Both the position numbers and the translations under genes were made by a program. Positions 53,297 to 62,351 of a stretch of 64,000 nucleotides of DNA are shown piece after piece; within the stretch, counting starts at the first letter, position 1, and each line of letters starts with the position of its first letter. The stretch lies in the NCBI RefSeq assembly GCF_053078305.1, contig NZ_CP166879.1; one strand, given 5' to 3'. The notes under the pieces were generated by a model that worked only from the letters and a program-made list of their open reading frames with translations, searched no databases and had not been told where the DNA came from.

Positions 53297-53520
53297 TTAT
53301 GGCGGTATTTAATATTCCTGATATTTACGGACGCTTTTACCTGGTTAATTTCGATAACGTGAAGGTGATTTCACTGGCCGAAAATAAAGAATGTGGCGAT
53401 TTACTTTTTGAATTTAATGACCGCACACGAATGGTGATATCTGCCGGACTTGATCGCGAAGGTGCGACAGACGTTTACAGCGGAATATGCCGTTCTGTTG
53501 GTGCGAAACAAGTCAGCTAA
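53293..53520 (+). CDS. Hypothetical early protein
   Basis: 75-aa coupled ORF. Confidence 0.35.
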   Translation: MIMAVFNIPDIYGRFYLVNFDNVKVISLAENKECGDLLFEFNDRTRMVISAGLDREGATDVYSGICRSVGAKQVS

Positions 53521-53787
53521 ATGAGGTGTTATATGAATATGCAATCCTGCGGTAACAAAATGAATTTATTCGACTCCCTGAACAGCGCGCGCCGTCTGAC
53601 CGAACTTGCCGGTGCGGTACTGGAACGCAGTAAGCGCTATCCGCAACGTTTTGCACTGAAAACCACGCCGCCGGTAGGCAACGTGCAGGGAACCGGTGAA
53701 ATTGAAATCACCATACAGACCAACGGCCTGCGCCGCCGTGTGAAGGCCACCCGCATCAGCGGCTGCACGGTTTACTGGGAGGTGTGA
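53521..53787 (+). CDS. Hypothetical early protein
   Basis: 88-aa ORF. Alternative start at 53533. Confidence 0.35.
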   Translation: MRCYMNMQSCGNKMNLFDSLNSARRLTELAGAVLERSKRYPQRFALKTTPPVGNVQGTGEIEITIQTNGLRRRVKATRISGCTVYWEV

Positions 53788-53788
53788 G

Positions 53789-54071
53789 GTGAAAAAAAAA
53801 TCTCATTGCATGGGCGTGGTCGAGTGGTCTTATTGAGTTTGGTTACGTCCTGCCGGAAGGTGCATTGCCGATAGTTGCCGGAAAGCCTGCCACGGTACGG
53901 CATGTGATTGAGGTTATGGCGCGTCATGGACGTGATGAACAGGAGCAGTTACTGGTTCCGGGGATACCGGAAGCGGTGACGGAGGAAGAAGCCTTTAATG
54001 CCATGATTCGGTTCTGCCGTGAGGTCAGACGCCGGGTCAGTTATCCAAACAGAACGAGGACCAGAGGATGA
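53789..54071 (+). pseudogene. Early gene whose GTG start is out of frame across an A9 tract
   Basis: GTG 53789 plus A9 (53792-53800) stops after 15 codons. The downstream frame (KKNLIAWAWSSGLIEFG...) is open from 53793 but has no start until the TTG at 53865. Confidence 0.4.
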
Positions 54072-54340
54072 GTAAAGTCGTACGCATTATTTTCGAATAC
54101 AAGGAGCACGTTATCCATAAAAACGCGGATGGAACAGTGCGCATGGGGATAAGTCTGGACATACGTTCAACCGGGATAAAGCAGAAAGGTGATGGACCTG
54201 CCATGATTTTTGGGGTGGTTATGCTCGCGGAAAGCAGAGACTTTGCTGAACTTGTGGCAATGAAAGCCAGTGCGCTCATGAAAGATATGAGCATGCGTTC
54301 CGGGGTTATTAAAGGTAATGAATTTAATCAGCAGGGGTAA
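54068..54340 (+). CDS. Hypothetical early protein (paralogue 1)
   Basis: Starts MSKVVRIIFEYKEH. Tandem with a related gene. Confidence 0.4.
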   Translation: MSKVVRIIFEYKEHVIHKNADGTVRMGISLDIRSTGIKQKGDGPAMIFGVVMLAESRDFAELVAMKASALMKDMSMRSGVIKGNEFNQQG

Positions 54341-54344
54341 TTCC

Positions 54345-54638
54345 ATGAGCAAAGTACGCGTTATTTTTGAATTTAAGCATGTTTCGCATGACGAAAAACC
54401 GGCAGGCAATGACTGTGTTGAAGTGCATGAAAAGATTGGTGTGGATGTAAAAACAGAACGTGATACGAATAACAGGCCGACGTCACTCTGTGACGTTTAT
54501 GTAAGTATTCTCCAGTATCACAGTCCTGAAATTATTCAGTTTCTCTCAGCGGAATTTCAGGCATCTGTACAGGCTTTTGGGGCGGATGCCATCATTAAAC
54601 GCCACCGCGTGCATAAAGCATCAGGCACACTGCAATAA
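54345..54638 (+). CDS. Hypothetical early protein (paralogue 2)
   Basis: Starts MSKVRVIFEFKH. Confidence 0.4.
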   Translation: MSKVRVIFEFKHVSHDEKPAGNDCVEVHEKIGVDVKTERDTNNRPTSLCDVYVSILQYHSPEIIQFLSAEFQASVQAFGADAIIKRHRVHKASGTLQ

Positions 54639-54649
54639 GGAAAAACAAA

Positions 54650-55180
54650 ATGGCAAAACGCGTTACAAAATTAAAGGCCGCAGCAGAGGCGGCACCGCAG
54701 ACCCGTGAAGAGGTCAGCCGCGATATCCGCACCCTGGGCGATATTCAGCGAGAGGCGCTGCGCCTGGAAACAGCGATGAATGATGAAGTGGCAGAAATCA
54801 CCGCCCGTTATACGCCGCAGATTGAAAACCTTAAAAAAGAAATCAAAGTGCTTTTTAAGGGGATTCAGGACTGGTGCAAAACCAACCGTGATGAGCTGAC
54901 GAACGGCGGCAAAACCAAAACTGCCAATCTGACCACCGGAACAGTGTCATGGCGGCTGGGAAATCCATCATGCAGCGTCAGCCGTGATGTGGAAGGTGTG
55001 ATTGAAATGCTGCGCCGTATGGGGCTTGAGCGATTCATCCGCACGAAAGAGGAAGTGAACAAGGAAGCGGTCCTGGCGGAGCCGGATGCAGTGAAAGGCA
55101 TTGCCGGTATTAAGGTGAATAAAGGCGCTGAAAGTTTTTATGTCGAGCCTTTTGAACAGGACGCCGGACTGAATAAATAA
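54650..55180 (+). CDS. gam: Gam-like host-nuclease inhibitor
   Basis: 176 aa in the Mu Gam pattern (..REEVSRDIRTLGDIQRE...YTPQIENLKKEI...NGGKTKTANLTTGTVSWR). Confidence 0.8.
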   Translation: MAKRVTKLKAAAEAAPQTREEVSRDIRTLGDIQREALRLETAMNDEVAEITARYTPQIENLKKEIKVLFKGIQDWCKTNRDELTNGGKTKTANLTTGTVSWRLGNPSCSVSRDVEGVIEMLRRMGLERFIRTKEEVNKEAVLAEPDAVKGIAGIKVNKGAESFYVEPFEQDAGLNK

Positions 55181-55277
55181 CACCGCATTAAATCTTTAAA
55201 TATCACATCGTTTTAAGTATGGCGCTCGCGTCAGGGGACTGTCTGCGCCTGTAAACTGAAAATAAGGAACAGGATAT

Positions 55278-55820
55278 ATGGCATATTTTTATTTCAAATT
55301 AGACCGTGTGCAGACAAATAAATATTTCACCAAATATCAACAGACTGTTTTACCGCTACGCAACAGTATTCTTCGGGCATTACTGAAAAATACAGGCGCT
55401 GCCGGATTGCGCTTAAAGCCGTTTGCCATGGACGTAATCAGTGAGTTTTATTTTTCTGGTACTCTGCCTGCGGGCTGGCGTAAGCGCGATGATGTGGCTT
55501 TTATCGGGGACGGACCGTGCTTTATTGCCAGACCTGATGAGTCATGCCCTGAAGGACCGGCGATTGCCGCAATGATTGAAGCCGCTGAACGCGAGTTAAG
55601 AAAGCGTCCTGATTTCCTTGTCTGGCTCTGTGAAAAGCTGGGGGTAATGAGAATCCCCTCCATGTTTAACATGGACTCCTGGTGGACCCCGTCGCTCTCC
55701 CGTGATGCCCTGTGCGTGGTGTTTAAAGTAGGCGCTTATGGCAGGGAAATAAAAGGGGGTATTCCTGAAGAATGCCAGGAGATTAAACATTCTGAATATG
55801 TGGCGCTGACGGAGGAATAA
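55278..55820 (+). CDS. Hypothetical protein
   Basis: 180-aa ORF in the semi-essential early region. Confidence 0.4.
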   Translation: MAYFYFKLDRVQTNKYFTKYQQTVLPLRNSILRALLKNTGAAGLRLKPFAMDVISEFYFSGTLPAGWRKRDDVAFIGDGPCFIARPDESCPEGPAIAAMIEAAERELRKRPDFLVWLCEKLGVMRIPSMFNMDSWWTPSLSRDALCVVFKVGAYGREIKGGIPEECQEIKHSEYVALTEE

Positions 55821-55823
55821 TTC

Positions 55824-56357
55824 ATGATTGATGCAAAAGTGCTTGAAGGGGTTAAAAACTGGCTGAGTATTTACGGGCGTCTGACCTGCGGAGTTCTGGC
55901 TGAAAAAATGAATATGCCGCCATCCTCGATGGTTTATTTTCTGCGTGATGCGGTTGATGCCGGGGTGCTGACGGAATGTAACGGTTTTTATGATATTCCG
56001 CGTCCCCGCCCGGTGCAGCCGGTTCGTCGCAAATGCAGCCAGGAGTCTGCGGCTGATGATGTTCAGTGGTGCAGCTTCAGAAAATCCCTGCCGTGGATTG
56101 AGGGGCATGATATTCCGTCGATGGCGTGGGAATTTGCTCAGGGCATACTGACCTGTGAAACCGTTTATGTGGTGGCTGAAGTTGATGAGCAGGCCATGAA
56201 AGAAGGCGTGCCCCAGTTTGTGATGGCGTATATCGACATACGCCTGGGTGTCATTATCTGCGGTTTAAGCGGCTGGAATATCACCTCGCGCGTTCTGCGT
56301 TACCTGATTGTTGACCGGACGGCCGCGCCTGCCGGGATATCTGCGGAGGTGGCGTAA
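55824..56357 (+). CDS. Hypothetical protein (N-terminal wHTH-like)
   Basis: 177-aa ORF. Confidence 0.4.
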   Translation: MIDAKVLEGVKNWLSIYGRLTCGVLAEKMNMPPSSMVYFLRDAVDAGVLTECNGFYDIPRPRPVQPVRRKCSQESAADDVQWCSFRKSLPWIEGHDIPSMAWEFAQGILTCETVYVVAEVDEQAMKEGVPQFVMAYIDIRLGVIICGLSGWNITSRVLRYLIVDRTAAPAGISAEVA

Positions 56358-56872
56358 TGTTCTTTAAAACATCAAACCCTTCCGCGCTGGCCGCGTGGCA
56401 AAAATATCAGCAGGACTGCCAGAAAGTTAAGGATGAGGCAAAACGCCTTGAGGCCGTGCTGAATGTTGCGTGCCGGTCGGTATTTGTATCCGGTATCAGT
56501 GGCTTTTGTTTTAAAGGGCTGCGCTTTATGGATGACAAATATCCTTTTCATCGCGACTTATGGCGAAAACCGACTGCGTCGAATGGCTGGAGCTGCACAC
56601 CGCGCACATCACGTATTCCCAAAGCCCTGCGCGTTGCCTCTGACGAACTTAACAGTCTGTGGCGTGAATATTCGCCCGTCACGTATGCCAGAACCGATGC
56701 ACTGTTGTTCTGGCTGGGTATTGATTTCTCGGCAATCATGTTTGGCCCTGTGAAGTGGTTCTGCGTTGACGATGTGATTTACCTTGAGTGCGGCGTAAAA
56801 CCCGCAAATCAGAAAATGACCGAAATTCTGTCTGATGAGTTTTATGCTGCTGAAAAGCGAGTCAGGGGGTGA
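56357..56872 (+). CDS. Hypothetical protein
   Basis: 171-aa ORF with ATGA-type coupling. Confidence 0.4.
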   Translation: MFFKTSNPSALAAWQKYQQDCQKVKDEAKRLEAVLNVACRSVFVSGISGFCFKGLRFMDDKYPFHRDLWRKPTASNGWSCTPRTSRIPKALRVASDELNSLWREYSPVTYARTDALLFWLGIDFSAIMFGPVKWFCVDDVIYLECGVKPANQKMTEILSDEFYAAEKRVRG

Positions 56873-56875
56873 TGT

Positions 56876-57427
56876 ATGATGATTTTACAACCCATGGGGC
56901 GAAAAGGTCAGGCACCTGCTCATGTCCGTGCGTGGACACCTGAAGAAGATGCGCTGCTGATTGCGCTTTATCCATCCACCCCGGTTAAGGATATTGCTGT
57001 CAGGGTAAAAAGAAGTTTCTGGGGTGTACATAACCGGATTGTTTTATTACGCGGTACTTACCCGGAGTTGCTCAAATGCAAACGTCCAAGATTTAAACAT
57101 GATGAAGATAAATTTATCCGAAAAAATGCCAGAACGATGACCGGTAAGCAAATAGGAGAATATCTGGGGCGAGACCGGGATTCTGTCCACAATCGGGCGC
57201 GATATATTGGCGTAAGCATGAAAAAATACGGAGAATTGCTGCCCTTCACCCGTATACCTGACGATGATGTTCATCTTATTCGTGAATTACGGGATGCTGA
57301 ATCACCACGACGTCTTACCTTCCGGGAAATAGGCGAGAAATTTGAATTATCCGAGAGTACGGTGAATTTTATTTATCACCATCGCCGGACTGCCGAGGAC
57401 GCTGTATTACGGGAGTTAACGCCATGA
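56876..57427 (+). CDS. Hypothetical DNA-binding-like protein
   Basis: 183 aa with repeated HTH-like segments (e.g. RLTFREIGEKFELSESTVNFIY). Confidence 0.4.
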   Translation: MMILQPMGRKGQAPAHVRAWTPEEDALLIALYPSTPVKDIAVRVKRSFWGVHNRIVLLRGTYPELLKCKRPRFKHDEDKFIRKNARTMTGKQIGEYLGRDRDSVHNRARYIGVSMKKYGELLPFTRIPDDDVHLIRELRDAESPRRLTFREIGEKFELSESTVNFIYHHRRTAEDAVLRELTP

Positions 57428-57609
57428 TAAAGAGACTTGTATTTTTCGCAATTTTCGTTCCGGTGTTGGGGGTTGGTTTTATATTTGCGATTACAGGAAA
57501 CCTGTCCATGATGCCAGATATTTGGTTCTTTATCAGGATGTCGCTCTTCCTGTTTATTATGAATCTTCTTATCGACATATATATCCGTATTACTGGAAAA
57601 CATAAATGA
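57424..57609 (+). CDS. Small membrane protein
   Basis: 61 aa with two TM segments. Confidence 0.35.
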   Translation: MIKRLVFFAIFVPVLGVGFIFAITGNLSMMPDIWFFIRMSLFLFIMNLLIDIYIRITGKHK

Positions 57610-57980
57610 GAAAAATCACGTCCTTGTCAGAGTTACAGGAGATGAATATGAGTATTGAATTAAGATCGTCTTATGAGTATCGCAAATTTCTTATCGCCGG
57701 AGGCATGAAACCGGAAGATGTGGAAAAAATCGTTTCTTTTATGGATAAGGAATGTGACAAGCGGGATGTGTCAGAAATTATTATGGATGACATGATTCTG
57801 GATTCAGTCGTGGCGTTAAGTCCGTTATGGATTGTGCATTCTCTTGCGGAAATTGCCAAAGGCACCGATAAACAGGCAGCTGTTGCTGCCCTTCAGACGC
57901 TTAATGAAATGCGTATATCTCCACGCCCGACATTAATACAGATGATTTTGTCCAGTATGGAGGATAAAGCAAATGAATAG
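57606..57980 (+). CDS. Hypothetical protein
   Basis: 124-aa coupled ORF. Confidence 0.35.
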   Translation: MRKITSLSELQEMNMSIELRSSYEYRKFLIAGGMKPEDVEKIVSFMDKECDKRDVSEIIMDDMILDSVVALSPLWIVHSLAEIAKGTDKQAAVAALQTLNEMRISPRPTLIQMILSSMEDKANE

Positions 57981-58170
57981 TCTACCCGCTGGATGGGCGC
58001 GCCCTCTGATGGCTAAGAAGCATCATTTTTTTAAAACTGGCGATAATATCAGTATATGTAGGCGGTGGTTATATCTGGCTCATAATCGCGAGCCGGATAC
58101 ATTTGAAAGCCCTGATGACTGTGCCGAATGTCGCAGAAGACTGAATAAGGAGAAAGATAATGGACAGTAG
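57973..58170 (+). CDS. Hypothetical small protein
   Basis: 65 aa with Cys pairs (ICRRW...CAECRRR). Confidence 0.35.
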   Translation: MNSLPAGWARPLMAKKHHFFKTGDNISICRRWLYLAHNREPDTFESPDDCAECRRRLNKEKDNGQ

Positions 58171-58456
58171 TTCGCAGTTGTTCTGGTGTTTATATATCAC
58201 ATCGTTTTTCGGTGCATTCGTCATTACACGATGGCTGTGCCGGAAAGTTATCAGTATTTTTCATAAAAAATACCTGATTGGGCTGGCGGCGACTTCTCTG
58301 ATTAATGCACTTGCCAGATATCATAAGGGGGAATACTACTCAAGAATAAAAACTGATGATGGTTTTAATATTTTTGTGATTCCTCCGGAGTATCGGGTTC
58401 AGCTCGATCGGGAAAGTAATATCTATCATATCAGCAGGAGTGTTGATACAGCATGA
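58160..58456 (+). CDS. Small membrane protein
   Basis: 98 aa with an N-terminal TM segment. Confidence 0.35.
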   Translation: MDSSSQLFWCLYITSFFGAFVITRWLCRKVISIFHKKYLIGLAATSLINALARYHKGEYYSRIKTDDGFNIFVIPPEYRVQLDRESNIYHISRSVDTA

Positions 58457-58962
58457 GAGGGAAACTGATATCCGCTATTCATGTGGCAAAGCGCGAGCTT
58501 GCCCTGGATGATGAGACCTACACATTCGTACTACTGGCAGCCACCGGCAAAACCAGTTGCCGGGATATGTCACCGGATGAGTTATCCCGCGTGCTGGATG
58601 TTTTCAAAAAACGCGGTTTTAAAGTGCGTCAGAAACCGGTTAACCGGGCCTTAAAACCGGGTACGGTGACCGCCAAAATTCGCGCCATCTGGAAAGTGAT
58701 GCACTGGCAGGGCTTTATCTCTGATGGTGCGGAAACCGCTCTTAACCGCTGGGTGAAATCGCAGACGGCCGCGCAGAACGGCGGCGAAGGTGTGGCAAAC
58801 TGGCAGTGGCTGGAGCAACACCCCGCCCTGGCCTCAGATGTGCTGGAGCGTCTCAAGCGATGGCACCGCCGCAAAATGCTGGCCGCGATGGGAATGCCCG
58901 AACGCACGCTGATGGGGTATGACGCCGTTTGCAGGCAGTATGAAAAATCACTTCCCCGTTAA
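58453..58962 (+). CDS. gemA: GemA-like (Mu gp16, DUF1018) regulator
   Basis: LISAIHVAKRELALDDETY...MSPDELSRVLDVFKKRGF pattern. Confidence 0.7.
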   Translation: MRGKLISAIHVAKRELALDDETYTFVLLAATGKTSCRDMSPDELSRVLDVFKKRGFKVRQKPVNRALKPGTVTAKIRAIWKVMHWQGFISDGAETALNRWVKSQTAAQNGGEGVANWQWLEQHPALASDVLERLKRWHRRKMLAAMGMPERTLMGYDAVCRQYEKSLPR

Positions 58963-59031
58963 CCCCAAATCCCGCCACAACGCGGGATTTTTATTTTAAA
59001 CTTACCGGGAACGCGAGAACCGGAGGCTGAT

Positions 59032-59457
59032 ATGGCAGAAACTCAGATGAGCATGTTTGGTGGTGACAGTGAGCAACTGCACGCCCTTATCGACCGCCTT
59101 GATGACATCCCTGATGATGTTCTCAAAAAGAACTGGCCGCGTACCCTGTCTGAACTGGTTGAAGTCACCGGCGCAGAACTTCAGCGTCAGGGGATTGAGC
59201 CGGTACTGGCCGGTAAACTGGCACGCAAGGTGGCTGCGGCTCAGGCCGCCTATATGGGCGGACGGGGTTATTACCTGCCGGTCGGGGAATCTCTCTTTGC
59301 CGAGCTGCGAAACAATGAGATATTTTCGCGCTGGGACCGGGGCGAGAAAATTGAATCCCTTCGCCGCCATTACCGGATGTCAGAAACCCAGATTTATACC
59401 GTCATACGTGAACAGCGCCGTCTGCATCTGGCAAGAACACAACCGCCACTTTTCTGA
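59032..59457 (+). CDS. mor: Mor-family middle-operon activator
   Basis: C-terminal ...RNNEIFSRWDRGEKIESLRRHYRMSETQIYTVIREQR HTH as in Mor/C. Confidence 0.75.
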   Translation: MAETQMSMFGGDSEQLHALIDRLDDIPDDVLKKNWPRTLSELVEVTGAELQRQGIEPVLAGKLARKVAAAQAAYMGGRGYYLPVGESLFAELRNNEIFSRWDRGEKIESLRRHYRMSETQIYTVIREQRRLHLARTQPPLF

Positions 59458-59528
59458 TATTCCGCAAAGCCTGCCGCCTTTCCTTCACCGTTACGCTGAC
59501 TCAGAGAACATCATGAGACAGCGTAACA

Positions 59529-60029
59529 ATGCCAAAACTCCCCGCACCACTGCGTAAAAAGCTGATTGCCCTTGTTCTGGCCGGTGCCGGGACGTTCACG
59601 ATTGCCACGCATTACACCGGTTACTGGGAAGGGAAAGAAAACTCCACGTATATCGATCCCACCGGTACACCCACCATCTGTTACGGCCATACCGGCCCGG
59701 ATGTGAAACCGGGTATGACCCTGACGGATGAAGAATGCCTGGAACTACTGGAAAAGGACATGAAATGGGCCTTTGCGGCCATTGATCGGCGTGTTCAGGT
59801 GCCGCTTACCCGTGGTCAGACGGTGGCGCTGGCTTCGTGGATCTTCTGGGCCGGTGAAACGAACTTTCGCAACTCCACGCTTCTGCGCCTGATCAATGCC
59901 GGGCAGATGCCCGCGTCCTGTAAGCAGTATATCCGCTGGATTTATTCAAAGGGGGTGAAGCTCCCCGGCCTTGAGGCCCGCCGTTCGGCGGATGAATGGT
60001 TATGTCGCTACGATTTGCCGAAAGTCTGA
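59529..60029 (+). CDS. Endolysin (GH24 lysozyme, SAR-like N-terminus)
   Basis: LIALVLAGAGTFTIA, then EGKENSTYIDPTGTPTICYGHT, the catalytic E-D-T pattern. Confidence 0.85.
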   Translation: MPKLPAPLRKKLIALVLAGAGTFTIATHYTGYWEGKENSTYIDPTGTPTICYGHTGPDVKPGMTLTDEECLELLEKDMKWAFAAIDRRVQVPLTRGQTVALASWIFWAGETNFRNSTLLRLINAGQMPASCKQYIRWIYSKGVKLPGLEARRSADEWLCRYDLPKV

Positions 60030-60106
60030 ACCGCTTCTGGCGACCGATCATGATAGCGCTGCTGTGTGCGGTACTGCTGTTACGGGGTGTCCTGTGGCTG
60101 CGGTGA
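60002..60106 (+). CDS. Possible 34-aa membrane peptide overlapping the endolysin end
   Basis: MSLRFAESLNRFWRPIMIALLCAVLLLRGVLWLR. Below the ORF cutoff, read from the DNA. Confidence 0.3.
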   Translation: MSLRFAESLNRFWRPIMIALLCAVLLLRGVLWLR

Positions 60107-60492
60107 ATAATGCCTTACCGGCCCTGATTGCCGGGGCGTGCATGGCGGCGCTGGGGATTATCGCTGTACTGGTTGCCGCGATATGGGGAATGCACCAGAA
60201 GACGCAGCGCCTTGAAGACAATAATCAGGTGCTTGTGCGTGAGCGGGATGAGGCGCGTCAGGTGCTGGCAAATCAGCAGCACACCCTGCAACTCATTTCA
60301 CAAATCAGTGAGGCGGCCACGAATGAAAAACAACAGAACATTCAGCACAGCGAGGGGCAGCAGAGCGTTGTCCGCCGGTCGCTGGCAGCAGTGCCTGCGG
60401 CCTCTGCCCCTGTTCCTGATGATGTGGCTGATCGGGTGCGCCGGGCCGTCTGTGAAATACGTGCCTGTGAAGCCGGTGCCGATCCCCGCTGA
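60103..60492 (+). CDS. i-spanin candidate
   Basis: GTG start. TM segment ALPALIAGACMAALGIIAVLVAAIW, then a coiled-coil-like Q/E/R-rich region. Confidence 0.55.
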   Translation: MNNALPALIAGACMAALGIIAVLVAAIWGMHQKTQRLEDNNQVLVRERDEARQVLANQQHTLQLISQISEAATNEKQQNIQHSEGQQSVVRRSLAAVPAASAPVPDDVADRVRRAVCEIRACEAGADPR

Positions 60493-60694
60493 ATGGCTGG
60501 CTGACTGCCTGGTCCCTCCTGCGCCGGAGCCGTTCACGTTTGGGGCATCGGTCACTTACAACCTGCAACTGCTGGCGGTGATCAAGAACTGCAACGTGGA
60601 CAAGGCCAGTATTCGTCGTCTGGAGGCGCGGCGACAACATGAATTTACTGATATGGCCGGAACGCCTGCTGTTCCGGCAGGAAAGACGAAGTAA
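60323..60694 (+). CDS. o-spanin candidate (lipoprotein, overlapping frame)
   Basis: Lipobox LMMWLIGC followed by a Pro-rich segment. Overlaps the i-spanin 3' end. Confidence 0.55.
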   Translation: MKNNRTFSTARGSRALSAGRWQQCLRPLPLFLMMWLIGCAGPSVKYVPVKPVPIPAEWLADCLVPPAPEPFTFGASVTYNLQLLAVIKNCNVDKASIRRLEARRQHEFTDMAGTPAVPAGKTK

Positions 60695-60704
60695 GGAAAA
60701 AGGT

Positions 60705-60932
60705 ATGGATGATTCAGATCGTGCTCAGGCTGTGATGGAGCGGGGATCAGAACGCGCCCTTTGTAACCGGCTGACACGTAAGCGCCGGGCAGTGGATGCT
60801 CCGGGCAGACGTGTCTGCGCAGACTGTGGCGGAGAGATCCCCGCCGCACGTCTTGTTGCTGTGCCGGATGCCATCCGTTGTGTGAACTGCCAGAACATCA
60901 TGGAGGCCCGTCATGTGGGTCAGCATCGTTAA
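60705..60932 (+). CDS. TraR/DksA-type zinc-finger protein
   Basis: CADCGGEIPAARL...IRCVNCQ four-Cys finger. Confidence 0.7.
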   Translation: MDDSDRAQAVMERGSERALCNRLTRKRRAVDAPGRRVCADCGGEIPAARLVAVPDAIRCVNCQNIMEARHVGQHR

Positions 60933-61221
60933 AGATTATGTTGTGCCGATCCTTTCGGCGACGGCAACCGCTGGCGGGATATTCATGGCGCTGATGCGCA
61001 AAACGTTTGTCCCCCGCGAGGCCTTTGAAAAACTCTCCGACCGCGTTGAGAAGGTGGAAACCCGCCTGTCGTCACTGCCGACAGAAGCCGAGGTCAACCG
61101 TCTGAATGTGGAAATCGTGACCCTGCGGGGTGAACTGAAAACCACGAACGCCACGCTCCGCTCTGTCTCCTATCAGAACGAACTGCTGCTGGAGCAGGCT
61201 GTAAGGAAAAAAACGCAATGA
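60913..61221 (+). CDS. Mu gp25-position protein (TM plus coiled-coil)
   Basis: 102 aa with an N-terminal TM segment and a heptad-like region. Confidence 0.45.
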   Translation: MWVSIVKDYVVPILSATATAGGIFMALMRKTFVPREAFEKLSDRVEKVETRLSSLPTEAEVNRLNVEIVTLRGELKTTNATLRSVSYQNELLLEQAVRKKTQ

Positions 61222-61508
61222 GTGATTTCATTACTGAAGATCAGCGTCTGGTCATTCTGCGGTCGCTGGCAGATTACAACGGTGAACTGGGTGAATCCGT
61301 GCTCCAGGACTGTCTGGATGATTACGGCCACCGCGTGTCCCGCGACACCGTTCACACCCACATAGCCTGGCTTGCCGAGCAGGGACTGGTGCGCAAACGC
61401 GTTCTGATTAACGGTTATTTCATCGCGGAACTGACCGGTCGTGGGCAGGATGTGGCGGAAGGCCGGGCCTGCGTTCCGGGTGTGAAGAAACCACGCGCAA
61501 GGGGGTAA
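61218..61508 (+). CDS. Mu gp26-position wHTH protein
   Basis: 96-aa coupled ORF. Confidence 0.45.
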   Translation: MSDFITEDQRLVILRSLADYNGELGESVLQDCLDDYGHRVSRDTVHTHIAWLAEQGLVRKRVLINGYFIAELTGRGQDVAEGRACVPGVKKPRARG

Positions 61509-61510
61509 CG

Positions 61511-62092
61511 ATGGACAAGCCGACGCGTGGTCGTGTACGCAAGGTGGATTTGCTCCCCGACAGCATCCGTAAGCCGCTGCTGGAAATGCTGCGTGAAAAA
61601 CGTCTGACGCAGGTCCAGATCCGCGAGGAAATCAACCGTCTGATCCGTGAGGCGGGCCTGCCGGAAGAGCAGCAGCTTTCACCGGCGGCCATCAGCCGGG
61701 AAGCCTCCCGTAATGAGCTGATTGCCCGTAACCTGCGTGATTTACGCGAGCAGACAAAAGCCATGATGGCCGAACTGGGGGACAAGCCAACCGGTGAAAC
61801 CACAGCGCTGATTCTGGAAATGTCCCGCGCCCTGATGTACCGCCGCCTGCGTGCCGCGACCGAATCTCTGAACAGCGACAGCGACGTGGATATGCGCCTC
61901 ATCAAAGACATCCTCCTGTCAGCACAGCGTGCGGAAAGTGCCGCCGAGCGCAGCATTAAGCGTGAAAAAGAAATCCGGGCCGCATTTGCTGAAGAGATGG
62001 CAAACGCGGTCACCGACGAGCTGCGCGGCGTGGATGGCATGAGCGAGCAGATAGAATTTCGTATCAGGCAGATGCTGCTGGGTAAAGCGTAG
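61511..62092 (+). CDS. Mu gp27-like terminase small subunit (DUF3486-like)
   Basis: 193 aa immediately upstream of the large terminase, with a basic N-terminus. Confidence 0.6.
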   Translation: MDKPTRGRVRKVDLLPDSIRKPLLEMLREKRLTQVQIREEINRLIREAGLPEEQQLSPAAISREASRNELIARNLRDLREQTKAMMAELGDKPTGETTALILEMSRALMYRRLRAATESLNSDSDVDMRLIKDILLSAQRAESAAERSIKREKEIRAAFAEEMANAVTDELRGVDGMSEQIEFRIRQMLLGKA

Positions 62093-62102
62093 GAGGTGAA
62101 TC

Positions 62103-62351
62103 ATGGCAACAGATAACCGCTCACTGATGATCTGTGCCCATCAGAAGGCATTCAGTCTTGCAACACAGTTACCTCCTGAAACCATAAAAGTGTGTCGTGA
62201 GTTGACTGAACTCTGCATTGCCGGGGAAATCTCCCTGAAACAACTGCATTCGCTGCTGGCAGAGGCTGTCACTGATGAATTGAGCAGCGTGGACGTGATG
62301 ACTGAAGAGCTTGAGTCCCGAATCAGGGGCATTCTGACAGGTAAAGCATGA
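62103..62351 (+). CDS. Small protein duplicating the C-terminal segment of the gp27-like protein
   Basis: AVTDELSSVDVMTEELESRIRGILTGKA versus AVTDELRGVDGMSEQIEFRIRQMLLGKA. Confidence 0.45.
   Translation: MATDNRSLMICAHQKAFSLATQLPPETIKVCRELTELCIAGEISLKQLHSLLAEAVTDELSSVDVMTEELESRIRGILTGKA

Noticed and set aside
61420-62040. 206-aa minus-strand ORF
   Set aside because: It is antisense to the gp27-like gene. Its Ser/Arg-rich low-complexity translation is typical of a shadow ORF in GC-rich coding DNA.
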